Part shown: one piece after another, positions 13,301 through 28,300 of the stretch
Position numbering within the stretch: the stretch's first letter is position 1
Layout: every line of letters begins with the position of its first letter
NCBI RefSeq assembly: GCF_964213995.1
Contig: NC_135807.1
Coordinates: forward strand, 103,478,001-103,542,000
Direction of reading: 5' to 3'
DNA: 64,000 nucleotides
From: Mustelus asterias
Lineage: Eukaryota
The notes under the pieces: model-generated
Told to the model about the DNA's origin: nothing
The model's input: only the letters and a program-made list of their open reading frames with translations
Databases searched by the model: none
Position numbers and translations under genes: made by a program

Positions 13301-16300
13301 TAAAGTCAGAAGTGAGGATGTTCACAGATGATTGCACAATATTCAGTGTCATTTGAGAACTCCTCAGATACTAATGTAGTCTGTGTGCACCTGCAACAAG
13401 ACCTGGACAATGTTCAGGCATGTGCTAAGTGGCAAGTAACACAAGTGCCAGACAATGACCATCTCCCCATGATATTCAATGGCATTACTCTTGCTGAATC
13501 CCCCACTATCAACATCCTGGGGGTTACCACTGAACTAGTCCAGCCATACAAATACTATGGCTGCAGGTCAGAAGTTGGGAACTCTGCAGCGTAACCCACT
13601 TCCTGACTCCCCAAAACCTGTGTACCATCTACAAAGCACAAGTCAGGTGTGCAATGGAATACTCTCCACTCACTTGGATGAGTGCAGCTTTAACAAACTC
13701 AAGAAGCTCGACAACATTCAACATGAAGCAGCATGCTTGTTTTTAACTAATCTAGTGAACCTTCGCTACAGTGCGTCCAATGCAAATATATTCTTAAATA
13801 TGAAGACCAAAGTTGCATGCAGTATCCCACTTTTGGTTACACCAAAGCGCCATACAATTGTAGCAAGATCTCTTTATTCTTGTACTCCAATCCTTAACAT
13901 AGGGCAACATGCTATTTACTTAAATAAAAATAGGAAGTGCTAGAAAAATTCAGCAGGTCTGGGAACATTTGTGGATATGATGAGGAGATGCCAGCGTTGG
14001 ACTGGGGTAAACACAGTAAGAGTTTTAACAACACTAGGTTAAAGTCCAACAGGCTTATTTGGTAGCAAATGCCATTAGCTTTTGGCAAAGGCAGATATCC
14101 ACTCCATCTGACGAAGGAGCAGGGCTCTGAAAGCGAATGGCATTTGCTACCAAATAAACCTGTTGGACTTTAACCTGGCGTTGTTAAAACTCTTACAACA
14201 TTTGTGGAGGCAGAAACAGGTCTAATGTTTCAAGTCTGATATGACTCTTTGGAACCGAGAGGTAGAAATGTAATGGTTTGTACATCATTGAAAAAGAGGA
14301 ACTGGGTGAGGGGAGAGTAAATTCCAAAGATGTCATGGAACAAAAGGAACAGGGAGTGGTTGTAGAAAAGAAACAGGGTTGAACAGTCTGTATGGTTTCC
14401 CCCTGCTTCTATTTTTTATGTGATTTTCTCATGTTAACAGCTAATGATCTTACTCATCCCTGCAAATGCAGTTAATTGGGAAAGGATCCCTTGGCACACA
14501 CGCAGCTCACGGACATTCACTGGCTCAACTACTTGGGTAAGGGACCAGAAATCTAAAAAGGCAGGTGGAATTGCACCCCAGCAAATGTCAGTACCTTCAG
14601 ACAAGGGCAAACTGGAGAGATACCTGATTATTAATTTCTTACTTTGTGATTAGCAGGCATAATATTTTTAGATTCCATGACATATACACAGAATGTGTAT
14701 TGAACTTACTCTGCATTTCGAGCATTTGTAGATCTGTGCCATTTTCTAGTCGATCAGAATCAGTGAGCACATTCTCAATCTTGGAATTCTTCTGTCGTTC
14801 CTCTTCAAATTGCAATTTCAGCTTTCTGATCTACCAAAACCAAGTGGCCAAAGGTTAATAAACTCAAACAACTGAAACACTAGGAGCACATATTTAGAAA
14901 GGTGGAAAATGTTATCCAAGTAAGGCGCTTAACAGTAAAATGTTCCTTATTGAGGGAAGTAAATAGATACACTATCCATGAGCAAAACATTTAAATACTG
15001 AAAGCTCCTCTGGGATTCAGATTCAACATTGATCACACACGAACACAGAACCTCCTTCAATTAGCTGGGAGCATTTTTGCAGTGCAAGACTGATCTTAGT
15101 TTTTCAACACTTCACTTTCCTCTTTCTCTGTCTCTATCCCCAGGCCAAATTATTGGTCTATTTGGTTTAAGATTTATATTTAGAATATACAGACAGCCTT
15201 TATATTCTGTGCCTGCGCACCTCGCTCCATTTCACCTGATGAAGGAGCAGCGCTCCAAAAGCTTGTGATTTCAAATAAACCTGTTGGACTATAACCTGGT
15301 GTCGTATGACCTCTCATTTTATCTATGAGGAGGAGATTTTGAATGAGTGACACGAGTAGGAATGGAATGGTCCGCTGCCAGGATTTGAGGTGTCTGAGAA
15401 AGGCTTGCACTCATGAAAAATGCTTAAATAGCATTTCAGAATGAAAATAATCTACTGGCTATAATCATTTAGGTACAAGAGCAATTTGTTCACTGTCAAA
15501 CAGCTTAGTTATTTCTCCAACAACAACTGGTGCATTTCAAGAAACAAAAGAAAAAAATCACAAATAATTTTTAACTTTGATAAGTCACTACTTCCCACAA
15601 ACCCCATCCCCAGATAATCTTAACCAGGTTAGGGAGATGGGTGGGGGGTGGGGGGGGGGCTTGTGTGTGTGTGTACACAGTGCTAATCACCGAGGTGTGC
15701 TCTAGGGGGCATGGGCTCATCGTCTGTCAATCTGGATGGTCAGTGTCCAAAGCAGCCAATCTGACATGTTATCTCAACTGACGGACTACCCAACCAACAA
15801 TTGCACGGTTCTGAACCACAACAATCACTGGCTGAGTTATCGGTTTGAATCTTAAATGCCCTCTGAAATGGCCTAGCAAGCCAGTCAGTTATAGAAAACC
15901 ACTACAAAGTCCACAAAGAATGGAACTGGCTGGACTACCTGGCATTGCAGGGTCACCAGTTCTGGGTTTGCCATTGTCGTTCCAGTGACCAGGTCAAAGT
16001 CCTTGCACTCACATCTGCGGCTTGTGCCAGAATTTAGAGATCTGTCGCACAGTCAAGCAACAGGCTGACATTGTCATGGTCACAGAATCATACCTTACAG
16101 ACAATGTCCCAGACACCACCATCACTGTCCTTGGGTATGCCCTGTCCCACTGGCAGGACCGACCCACCAGAGCTGGTGGCATGGGAGTATACAATGGTGA
16201 GATGGTTGCCCTGGGAGTGTTGACTCCAGATCTGATCAAGTCTCATCCATCAGATAAAACATGGGCAAGGGGACCTCCTGCTGATTACCACTTACTGGAA

Positions 16301-19300
16301 CCACTCTCCCAATCAGCTGAAGATCAGAACTTTTCCATATTAAACACCAATTGGAAGAGGCATTGAGGGTGGAAAGGGCATGGAGACTTCAATGTCCATC
16401 ACTAAGAGTGGCTACACTGGATCTGTGGCAGGTGGTAAGGGATCCAATAAGAGAGAAAAACCTACTTGAACTCAACCTCAAAGAGTCTCAGATGCATTTG
16501 TCCATGACAACCTTGGTTTGGGTTGAACATGGCACAGTCCTTGTGGAGACAAAGTTCCACCTTCACATTTGAGGATTCTCTCCATCGTGCTGTGTGGCAC
16601 AAACACAATGCTAAACAGGATAGATTTTGAACAGATCTTATCTTGCAGTTCAAAATTGGGCATCTATGAGGTGCTGTGGCCATCAGCAGCAGAACTTTAT
16701 TTGACCATAGTCTGCAACTTCCTGGCCCAGCATACCCTCCATTCTACCATTACCATCAAACCAGGGAATCAACCCTTGTTCAATGAAGAGTTAGGAGGGC
16801 ATGTCAGGAGCAACACCAAGCATACCTAAAAATTAGGTGTCAACTCAGCGGAGCCACAGCATAATGGCACGGTAGCACAGTGGTTAGCACTGCTGCTTCA
16901 CAGCTCCAGGGACCTGGGTTCGATTCCCGGCTTGGGTCACTGTCTGTGTGGAGTTTGCACATTCTCCTCGTGTCTGCGTGGGTTTCCTCCGGGTGCTCCG
17001 GTTTCCTCCCACAGCCCAAAGATGTGCGGGTTAGGTTGATTGGCCATGCTAAAATTGCCCCTTAGTGTCCTGGGATGCGTAGATTAGAGGGATTAGCGGG
17101 TAAAATATGTAGGGATATGGGGGTAGGGTCTGGGTGGGATTGTGGTTGGTGCAGACTCGATGGGCCGAATGGCCTCTTTCTGTACAGTAGGGTTTCTATG
17201 ATAACAAGCCAAACAGCAGAAGCAGAATGCAGTAGACAGAGCTAAGCAATCCACAACCATCACCTCTGATCTAAGATCTACATCCAATTGTGAATTGGCT
17301 TGGACAGTTAAACAATTTGCTGGAAGAGGGAACTCCATAAATATCCCCATCCTCAATGATGGGTGAGCCTCGCATAAGACAATGCTAAACCATTTGCAAC
17401 AATCTTCAGCCAGGTAGGATGATCCATCTTGGCCTCCTCCTCAGGTCCCCAGCATCACAAAATCCTGGAGCTTCCTTACTCGAGAGTTGTTAACTACACC
17501 ACTTTTGCTTCAGCAGTTCAAGAAGGTGACTCATCACCACCTTCACAATGGATGGTTAGCACTGCTATGTCACAGCGCCATGGACCCGGGTTCAATTCCA
17601 GTCTTTGTGGAGTTTATATGCTCTCCCTGTGTCTGCATGGGCTTCCTCAGTGCTCCGGTTTCCTCCCACAGTCAAAAGATGTGCAGGTTAGGTGAATTGG
17701 CCATGGTAAAAGCGTGGGGTTACAGGGAAAGGACAAGGGTGGGGGGTGATGCCTGGGCAAGATGGTCTTATGGAGAGTCAGTGCAGACTCAATGGGCCAA
17801 ATGGCCTCCTTCTGCATTGCAGGGATTCTATGGTTTTAAATGTTGGTCTAGCCAGCAATGCCCACATTGCATGAACAAATAAATAAAAAAGGATGCTCCA
17901 GATTCCCCAGTCACTCCTTTCTTGCTTATCGCCTGTCAGGACTCATTTGAGGACTGTCCTATTTCTGTTTTGGTGGAGATTTCTTCATTTTAGGTCTGGC
18001 TGAAGACTGCAAGAGCAAGCCAAGGTCAAGCACTGAGATTAGAGCCTCACCTCTACCCTAGAAGGTCCTTCCTGACCTTCACCTTTGATAGTGTGGGCTC
18101 CTCAGCTGGACCCTTCCCGATTTGTCGGTGTGGCTTGGACTTTGCCTGGCCTTTTGACCAATCGTCTCCCTCTTGATGGTGTTGTGTAGTCTCTTCCCTA
18201 TTTCCTCTCTGATCTCCTCCCTCTTGATGGTGTATTCCTGACCCAACCTAATCACTCTCAATGGTGTCAGGCCACTTCAGAGATGCATCATGCTGTGGTC
18301 CCAAGGTGAATACAAGTGGCTAAGGAGATGCAGGTGTGTTTCACTGTACCCAGGTCAATACTCAAGGGTAAGGCACTGCAAAGTCTATTGACAGCAACAA
18401 TATGAAGAATCAGACTGCAACTCACGTGGACATATTTAATATTTAAAACTGTTATCTTGACAGCGACACAAGTAATCTAACCTTAAATAGCCTTAGTTTG
18501 CTTTAATCTTGGACACCAAGTGGAATCCTGTAATATATATAGCCCAGGTAATAAGTTATCGTGAAGCATTAAACCTGTAAGAATTTAACTTTACTGGTTA
18601 AACTCTATCAAGTATTTTGTGTACAGGGCTGGGCCGGGCCCTGCCTGAGCTGACCTCTTCTCCCTTGATGGTGTGGCATGGCTCCTTCCTCAGCTTCCCC
18701 ACACAACTTCCTCATTCACATGGTGTGACCCTGGTTCCACCTTACCTGCCAATTGGTTCATAGAGTGCCTTTCACAACCTCGCAAGCGTGCTTCTCAGGA
18801 GTCCCAGTTATTGACCTTTGTCATTGTTAGGCAGAGAATTCTGACACCCAATTTGCATTCATCAAGATTCTCAAACAGAAAGGACAAAATGCTGGGATTG
18901 CATCCAGGGAAAAATAAATAATCTTTTCTGCTGTAATTTCTACACATCATACTACTTTATATACCAAGAGTAGCAGAATTCCACACTCAGGTTTCTCAAA
19001 CTGGACTATGGGGAGAGAGCGGGTAAATGGAGTTGAAATCAACCATGATTGAATGGTGGAGTGGACTCGATGGGCCGAATGGCCTTACTTCCGCTCCTAT
19101 GTCTTATGGTCTTATGGACTTGTGAAATTTCACAAGCTGACAAGGATACAATCAATGACTTACAGGGAGTATATCCACTGCCCACATCAGGACACAATAT
19201 TTATAATTAACACCACTGGACTAGTCTGTTACACTTAACAGAATGAAATACATACACAAACTTTACACGTTCTCCATTCAGAAATATGAATTATGGAACT

Positions 19301-22300
19301 AACCAAGGAATAATAGCTAATATTCCTATATTACGTTTAATTAGACGAAAGAATCCAAGCTCAAGGACTGGACTCCACAAGTACATAAGGAAATGTATTT
19401 TGTACTTTACAACAAAACTACTTTAAACAAAATAATTCTGCACAATAGCCTCAATGGGAAGACCAGCTTTCAATGCCTACTCCTTCTTGCCCTGCAAATG
19501 TTAATGGTGGATCTTTTGCTTGAAGTGCTGCAGGTACTCCTACACTGCTGTTCGGTAGTGACTTCCAGGAATTTTACACAACAAAAATGAAGAATGATAT
19601 ATCTGTTCAGAATGGTACTTTGGCTTGACAGTGTTGAGATTCTTGAGTATTGTTGTAGCTCCAATCCACTGCCCTACTCCCATCGGTGGAGGTGTATTGT
19701 ATTATTCATCCTGTACTTAAATTATATTTGATGATTGTATCTACATATGAATAATACAGCTTTGAGTGATTGATTGCATGCCCAAAATATTTTAGGGTGT
19801 TCTCGAGAAACAGGTCGGATATTACGAATGCAAGAATCTTTGCTCTTTGTTCTTTACGTTGGCGCCAGGAAATGGAATTCTTCCCATTTCAGGTAGGTTG
19901 CATGCACATCAAGCAGGATCAGATCAGATATGGCAAAGCTGAATAAACTTTTTTCTACTCTGTCCCAATCTCAGATTAAGCTAGCATCGCACTTCCTCCC
20001 ACATCATCCATTTCCTAGTTCTGAAATGCAGTGAAAATCTATGCTAAGTTGCGTCTCTAGTTAGTCACAAAGGTCACCAAGAACAAGTCTTCCTTTTGAA
20101 TACCACAAGCTTTTTTTCTGATTGCCTTTTGCTTTCTTCTCATGCAATTACCTGTGCAAGTAATTCTTCCTTTTCATCAGCCAGTTTCTTTAGCCGCACA
20201 TCTGTAATAAGACAAATACATGTAAAAAGATTGCAACTGACAAGGTTTAAAACATTTCTATTATTCAATTCATTATTTGAACAAGCTCAGTTAACAACTT
20301 TTATTTCCTGTGCCAAAAGGAAAATACTGCAGATGCTGGAAACCTGAAATAAAAACAGAAAAAGCTTGAACTACTCAGCAGGTCTGGCAGCATCTGTGGA
20401 GAGAGAAACAGAATGAACAGCGTCCTTAAACTGAAACATCAACTCTGTTTCTCTCTCCACAGATGCTGCCAGACCCAAGTATTTTTAGCATTTTCTGTTT
20501 TACTCCAGATTTCCTGAGTTCCTATGGTTATTCAAATTGTGTATTGGTGGCTTTCCAGCTGCATTTGTGCAAATATTCTGCAGTTGCTCAGAGTTGCAAT
20601 GGTGAATTACAACAGTAACACACCTACGTACCACAGAGGTCCATTCCCAAGCATAATATCTGGCTTTTCAACCAACAGAGAACAGCAATTTTACAATTGT
20701 GCATTCTTGGTGTGGCATCTCTGATTATTGTAACATCACGACAAATCTGAAAATAAAAATCTATGCCTGAGACTGAAAAAGTAATATGTAACTTGGTGTA
20801 TGCAACTTAACTCATTTACACTACATCAGAGGAAACAAGTGCTCAAACTGGGCATTCACAAGATTCTATGGGCCATTAGCAGCAGCAGAATTGTATGCAA
20901 TCACAATCTGTTATCTCATGGTCTGGTATATCCCTCATTGTACCATCACCAACAAATCAGGAGATCAACTCTGGTTCAATGCCGAATACAAAAAAGCCTT
21001 CCAGGACTAGCACCAGAAAAATCTAAATATAATGTGCCAACCCGATGAAGCGAAAACACAGGACCGGATGCATGCCAAACCACAGAAGCAACATGCAACA
21101 GACATGCAAAGCAATCCCACAACAAAGGGATTAAAGCTCAGCAGCTTTACCACAGGCGTTTGTGAATAGTGGTCAACAATTTAACAACTAACCATTGGAA
21201 GAGGTGCCACAAACATCCTCAATGATGGGGCCAATTACCACCCCATCAGTCTACTGTCCCTCATCAATGGCAGGTATCATTGACAGTGATATCAAATGGC
21301 ACTTACTCAGCAATCATCTGCTCACTAATACTCAGATTTGGTTCTGGCAGGGCACATGCTGTTTCAAAAATGAATTCAAGAGGTGAGGGTAACTGTCCTT
21401 GACATCAAGGTAACATCGGACTCAGTGACGCCAAGGAACCACAATTTAATTGAAGTCAATGGGCATCAGGGGAAAAACTCCCTACTGCTGAATTCATACC
21501 GAGAACAAAGGAAGATGGCTGTGGCTGTTGGAGGTCAATCATCTGAGCCTGAGGACATCATTGCAGGAATTCCTCAGGGTAACGTCCTTGGTTCAATTAT
21601 CTTCAGTTGCCTCATCAATGGCCTTCCCTCTATTATAAGGTCAGTCTATTATAAGGTCAGAAGTGGGGATATTGGCTGATGGTTGAACAATGGCTGCCAG
21701 TAGTGGTGGTGGAGGCGGATTCAATAGGATCTTTTAAGAGACTTTTGGATAAGTTCATGGAGGTTAGTAAGATAGAGGGTTATAGGTAAGCCTAGTAGGT
21801 AGGGACATGTTCGGCGCAACTTGTGGGCCGAAGGGCCTGTTTGTGCTGTAGCTTTTCTATGTTCAGCACTATTTGCCACTCCTCAGATACTGAAGCAGTT
21901 TATGTCCATGTGCAGCATGGCCGGGATAATATCCAGCTGCTGGCTGATAAGTGGCAAGTAAGACAAGTGCAAGATAATACTATCTGTAATAAGAGTGAAA
22001 ATAACCAACTCCCCTTGATGTTCAAAGGCATTGCCATCACCGAATCCATACACCAATGTCCTGGGAATTACTATTGACAAGAAATTGAAATGGATGTAAA
22101 TACTGTGGTTACAAGGGCAGGTCAGAGTATCTCACCATCTGACCCTTCAAAGCCTGTCCACCATCTGCAAGGCACAAGTCAGGAGTGTGATGGAATGTTT
22201 ATCGCTTGCAGCTCCAACAATAGTCATGAAGTTTCACACCATCCCCCAAGTCAAAGCGGATGCATGGGAACTCCACCACTTTCAAATTCCCCTGCAAGCC

Positions 22301-25300
22301 ACACACCATCCTGACTTGAAACTATGTTGCTATTTGTCACTGTCACTGGGTCAAAATACTGGAACTGAATTCCCAACAGCACTGTGAGTGTAACTACATC
22401 AGATGGACAGCAGTGGCTCACAAAGACAGCTCACCACTGTCTCCTCAAGGGCAATTTGGGATGGACAATAAATGTTGGCCTTGCAACTGACATTCGTTCC
22501 ATGAACAAATTTTAAAAAGATGTTCTTTCGTGGTTGCCTCTGTGCCCCACCTATCGCTGTGAAGAGGGTGTCAATATGCTGCTTTACATGCAGTTAAGGA
22601 ACTTCAATATGGGGATAACTTATGGCACAGAGGGCAACATCCCTGCCTCAGAGCCAGAGACTCCAGGTTTGATTCACACCCCAGGACTTGATGGCCAAGG
22701 AGATTGCATGCATAATGTGGCTAAAACATGTTGACTATCAACCTGCTATAAAACTTTTCTGACACATGTCAACAGCAGGCGCAAGCAGTAGAGTTTAACA
22801 ATAAGGGGTCTCCCATTTAAAATGTCGAAAAGACGACTTTTTTCCTGGTTTGTTGCGAAACTTTGAAACATTTTCTCCAGACAGGAGTGGAGGAAGGATA
22901 AATGAATGTTTTTAAAGCATTGTTAAATAGATTCTTGACCAACAAGGGAATCAAAGGTTATTGGGGTAGACAGAAGGTGCAGTTGAAGACATAGTCAGAT
23001 AAATCATGATCTTATTGAATGGCAGAACAGGTTCAAAGGGCCAAATGGCCTACACCTGCTGCTAATTTGTATGTTCCCACATTCTAAAAGTGGGAAAAAT
23101 TCCTGGTCAGCTACGTGATGGAAAGAAGATTGGAGCCTCTATCACAGCTCTAGACTAGAAGATGCATACAAAAGTGCATGTTCGCAAAGCAATTCAAACT
23201 CCCTGAATGAACTGTAACACACAAAATGAAGTTCAGTTGTGCCAGTGTGACAATAATTGGTATTCTGACTTGAACAAATTGAAATAACCAAGCTATCCAG
23301 CCAGATTAAATGTTTTATAAATAGTCAGCAACCAGAAGTTTAATGGTTAAGGTCTATTGTTCATTAAATGAGGACAAGGTAATTTGAACAAGCACTACCT
23401 AGTGGTCCATCTCCTGCACCTTCAAGCACTTGAGCAGCCTCTTGAGACACAACTGTAATCGCACCAACAACTGGTTCATGATTTACATCACCATTAGGTG
23501 TGCCTTCTGGAATTATAACCAAACCGTATTTCTGAAAGATAAAATAATTTAAACTGTCAACTGCTGGAAAGCAAGTACCTTGGATTTTCTATGGTTAATA
23601 CAACTGGCAACCATTTCAGTCTGTTACCTTGAATAAACTGTGGAGTATATTTTATATGACAAGGAGAATATGACAATATTTTTTTGAAAAAGAGCACGCC
23701 TGATAATGACCTAAAGAGTGAACTTAGCAGATGCTGTTACACTATTTTCTTCTGCTTCATGGGTATAATTTCATCAGATACATTCAAAAACATGCGACAT
23801 TAAAAAATCATCAATTCTCATCAGAGATTTATATAATCACTGGGTCACAAGTAGAGTTAAAATATTATAGAAGCCAGATTGTACCTCAGCTAATTACCTG
23901 ATCCTGATGGAATGACATGTTTTAATATAGAATTTCTCTGTTAATGAGGTCAGTATGCTAAAAACAGATTTTCCCATGCCTCCAGATCCACAAACAGATC
24001 TAACCAGCAAAGTAGATGTTTTAGTGCATTATATTAAATTAAAATAGAACTAGTCACTTGCATTTTGAGGGATGGATTGGCTTAGTCATGTTACTGGTTT
24101 AAACTTTAAACTCAAACGGAGGCCATGTAGCAGGTTTCCCACTGGGCACCACGGTCTCCGCCCACCAGATTTCTGGCGTCATCAGCTCCATGCCAGAAAT
24201 CGGCACGGAGCTGTATAAATTATTGAAATGGAGTTTTAGATGTCATTAGTAGGCCTGGCGCTGAGGTCTCCAGGCCCGCTCGCGTCCCCCCACCCTCCAC
24301 CAGGGGTTTTTCACTCCAGCGGGGTTTACAACAGCTCCCCACAAGCAGGGAGCTGGTGGCACAACCCCGCTCGAGTGAAGGGGGACATCAGCTCCCCACT
24401 ACACTCTGGGACCAACGCCCCCCCCCCCCCCCCCCCCCCCGCAGATCACGGGCATGGGGGTGCCCCCTGGGCATTGTCAGTGCCAGCCTGGCTCCCAGCA
24501 TTGCCCAGGGACACCTTGGCACTGCCCACTGGGCATCAAGCAGTGCCAAAGGGGTAGGGCCTTTGTGGGAGATCGGTGGGGGTGGGGCATCCCACTGACT
24601 TGGTGACAGAGGGAGGGAGGCCAGCAATTGGGGCTGGACATCAAGGTGTTGGGGGTCAAGGCTGGCCTGGACACCTCCAGGAGGCCAGTGATTGGGTGAT
24701 TTTGGGGGGGGAAAGAGGGGAATGAGGGCGCAGGGCCAATTATGCTGGGTCGCGGGGCTGGCCAGCGATTGGGAGGCCGACTGTGCATGTGCTGATCTTC
24801 ACTATGACAGATCGGTGCATGTGCAGTGGCCCGCTCAGTGCTATGCTGCCGGCCTCTCCAGTGGGAATAGTGCCCACTGATTTTTAATGAGATTCATGCT
24901 AATGATCTCTGCAGTACACAGAGTGTGGGAGATTCTTTTTGAAAATCCTGCTGTAAAACTCAGTGGGATTTACTCCGGTTTTTATGTAAATTCGATACTT
25001 AGAATTTTTTTTTTAAGAGAATCCCAGCCATTGTCTTTCTGAAGAACAAGATTTCACATTTAAGAATTCTTGTTCCTAACCTACTAAAATAAATGTTAAG
25101 CAGATTCGAATGTAAATACACATGAAAATACTCGAACAAAAAAGCATCATGAGAGAGAAGCATCTGGTACTTCAATTACTTGCAATGTACAACTTCCTCA
25201 AAAGATCAGCAGTGATACATGGAGTCAGTTCATTCATTACGCTGCTCAATGATGATGCGAAGCTCATCGATCTTGCCTAAATTTACTCATTTCATTCCTC

Positions 25301-28300
25301 GTACATTCGACATCCCTTGTATTTACAATGGGTGCCAAGATAACTGTCAATGACATTTTTCTCGCAACTGATGTTAATATTGCTCTCTGGTTCTCATGTT
25401 AGCTTATGACTCAGTTTTGGAACCTTTGCAATACATTCAGCATTTTCTGTTTCCAGCTGGCATTTTTGCCATCATCTGCTGCAACAGCTGGGTTAGTTCA
25501 TTCTTCTCTAGGTTGTCACCAGCATATAGTTCCAGATGATGATTTTCTGATTTGAAAATTCCTTGACACACTACTTTGGATATTCGCAACACAAATTCAT
25601 AGTTCATACAGAATCTCAGCTGAAAATTGTGCAACGCATAGTGCATATGTTGCAATTTGATTCGTCAGGTCACCTCCATCTTAAATGTAAATGATCTTTA
25701 CCTTTAAACAACTGATTTACCTCAGCTCCATTCAGGAGCTGCCAAGGACCTAAATTCTGCAGGATCTGCATCAATAGTTAACCAACCCACTAACCCACTG
25801 AACTGGCATTGGGAGCGAGATGAAACAGAATTCACCCATGTCTGAGAGAGAAATAAAGTATAATGACGTCATGAGGAAAACCATTTTCAAGCAACCAATG
25901 GTTAGAATCTGGAATGCACTGCCCAAGTGTTTGGTGAACCCTGTTTAAATCAAGGCATTGAAAAGGGAATTGGACTATCTGAAAAGGAAGAATGTGCAGG
26001 GATACAGGGAGAAGGTAGGGGACTAGCATGAAGTGACCTAATCCTTCAGATGGCTAGGACATACATGACAGCTGAATGGTCTCCTTTTGTGTTGCATCTC
26101 TTCTATAATTCTAAAATTCACTATAAATCCAGCAGAAAATTTTGTGTGGAATCTCAAATTAAGGAAATGCTAGTTACTTCACAAGATTAAACAAATTGAA
26201 TCGGTATCACATGGAAATCAAGGCCCATTTCTGAGTGGAGGACAACGTTGGTCAGTGGTGCCTTCATTTTCAAATTCTCATTCTTGTTTTCAAGCCTCCC
26301 CTCCCTATTGTTGTAACGTCCCTCAACCAAACAACCCTCTGAAATATTTCCACCTCTAACTCAAGCCCCTTGTGCTTCCTCAATTTTAATTTTTATTCCA
26401 CCATTCATAGCTGTGCTTTCTGCTGCCTAGACGCCAAGCTCTGGAATATCCTCATTATACTTATCTGCCCCTCTACCTCACTTCCTTCAAGAGTCTTCAA
26501 ACACTATTTCTCGGACCAAGTTTTGGGTCTTCTCACCTAATGTCTCTCTGTGGAATGCTGTTATACTTGGTTTTATGAGCTAAAGAGTACTAAGTCCCAG
26601 ATTGATGCATTATCTTTGAAAACTTAGAATCATAGAAACCCTACAGTGCAGAAAGAGGCCATTTGGCCCATCGAGTCTGCACCAACCACAATCCCACCCA
26701 GGCCCTACCCCCATTTACCCGCTAATCCCTCTAACCTAAGCATCTTAGGACACTAAGGGGCAATTTTTAGCTTGGCCAAACAACCTAACCCGCACATCTT
26801 TGGACTGTGGGAGGAAACCAGAACACCCGGAGGAAACCCACAGTCACACGAGGAGAATGTGCAAACTCCCCACAGACAGTGGCCCAAGCCAGGAATCGAA
26901 CCCAGGTCCCTGGAGCTGTGAAGCAGCAGTGCTAACCACTGTGCTACCATGCCACACTTAACTTAAATCGTGAAAACCTAGATAGCACAGCTGTCAAAGG
27001 TAAAATAATGTAGCAGAGAGATCCTGCTTCACCAAAGAGGAGAGAAAATTGAATGGATGGAGTGCTACATGAACATGGTGAGCTAGTTCTGCCTCCAGGT
27101 TATTATATGATCCAACAATGAAAAGCACGCATTGAATGAAAATGTTATGAAGAGTCAGTAAAACAAAGGTGAACATTAATTAGGGAGACAAGCAAAAAAT
27201 TAACACAGCTTTCTATTTTAAATTGAAATGCTAATTTTCTACTTCATTGTTTCACAGAGGTGGTTTTATTCTTCTTTTGCATCTCAGCATTTAAAAAAAC
27301 CCCCCACAGAGTTTCACTGGCTGTCTTGTCTGGAGACAATACACATCTTTTTAGCCTGTCTTGATGCTCTCTCCACTCACATTGTTTTGTTTCTTAAAGA
27401 CTTGATTAGTTGTAAGTATTCGCATTCCAACCATTATTCATGTAAATTGAGGTTGTGTCTTTATATGCTCTGTTTGTGAACAGAATTCCCACTCACCTGA
27501 AGAAGGGGCTTGCAGCTCCGAAAGCTTGTGTGGCTTTTGCTACCAAATAAACCTGTTGGACTTTAACCTGGTGTTGTTAAACTTCTTACTGTGTTTAAAA
27601 AAAACCTCGGAGGTGCATTGGCACACTTGGTGGGACAAGGGTAAACTTGCAGTTTAAATTCAAAGATAGTTCAACAAAAACACAAAGGAAAATGTATTTG
27701 AAAAGGAATTCTCCCACAGTATTCATTAGTTTATATAACAAAATAACCAAACATCTTTTGCCTTCTGCTGCTGAGAAATGGAAGAGACTGGTTTATTACA
27801 CTGAAGTTTACAAATAATAGTTATGCCCACTTTTAAATGTACAAATATTCAATTTTCAGTCACCACACTTTTTATTGCTGCTGATTTTAATCAAAACACC
27901 CCCCCCCAAATCTTCAACACTCTTTAGCCTAAACCACATACATGGCCTACCTTTGTGTTTTCCCTTAGATCAGCCAACTCATCTCTCAGTTCATCACGCT
28001 CATTTCTAATGCAGTCAAAGTAGTCTTTCTGCCTCTCTAGAGCCTGAGCATAGGGCAGCAAGCAGCATAAAGAACATGGCAGAGAAAAGAAAATGTAAAT
28101 TGCAACAAAGGCATGAATATAGCTGATGAGACAGTAGGAAGAGAGAAAGCAATGGGTTGAAGTTTGGAAAAACAAAATCTCATTTTCAACTGTGACTGTT
28201 CAAGATTAACCTCTCCTTCACAGTGAACAACTATTATAATCTGTCACACGCTTTGAGATGCTTGATTAAGCAAATAAACTACAAAGATAATTCTACATCA

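Noticed and set aside
16866-16935. tRNA gene
   Set aside because: A and B boxes are present, but this is the tRNA-derived head of a multi-copy SINE with no convincing full cloverleaf.
24417-24440. Poly-C / G-quadruplex-prone tract
   Set aside because: It sits within a transposon-like element, and homopolymer length is unreliable in assemblies.
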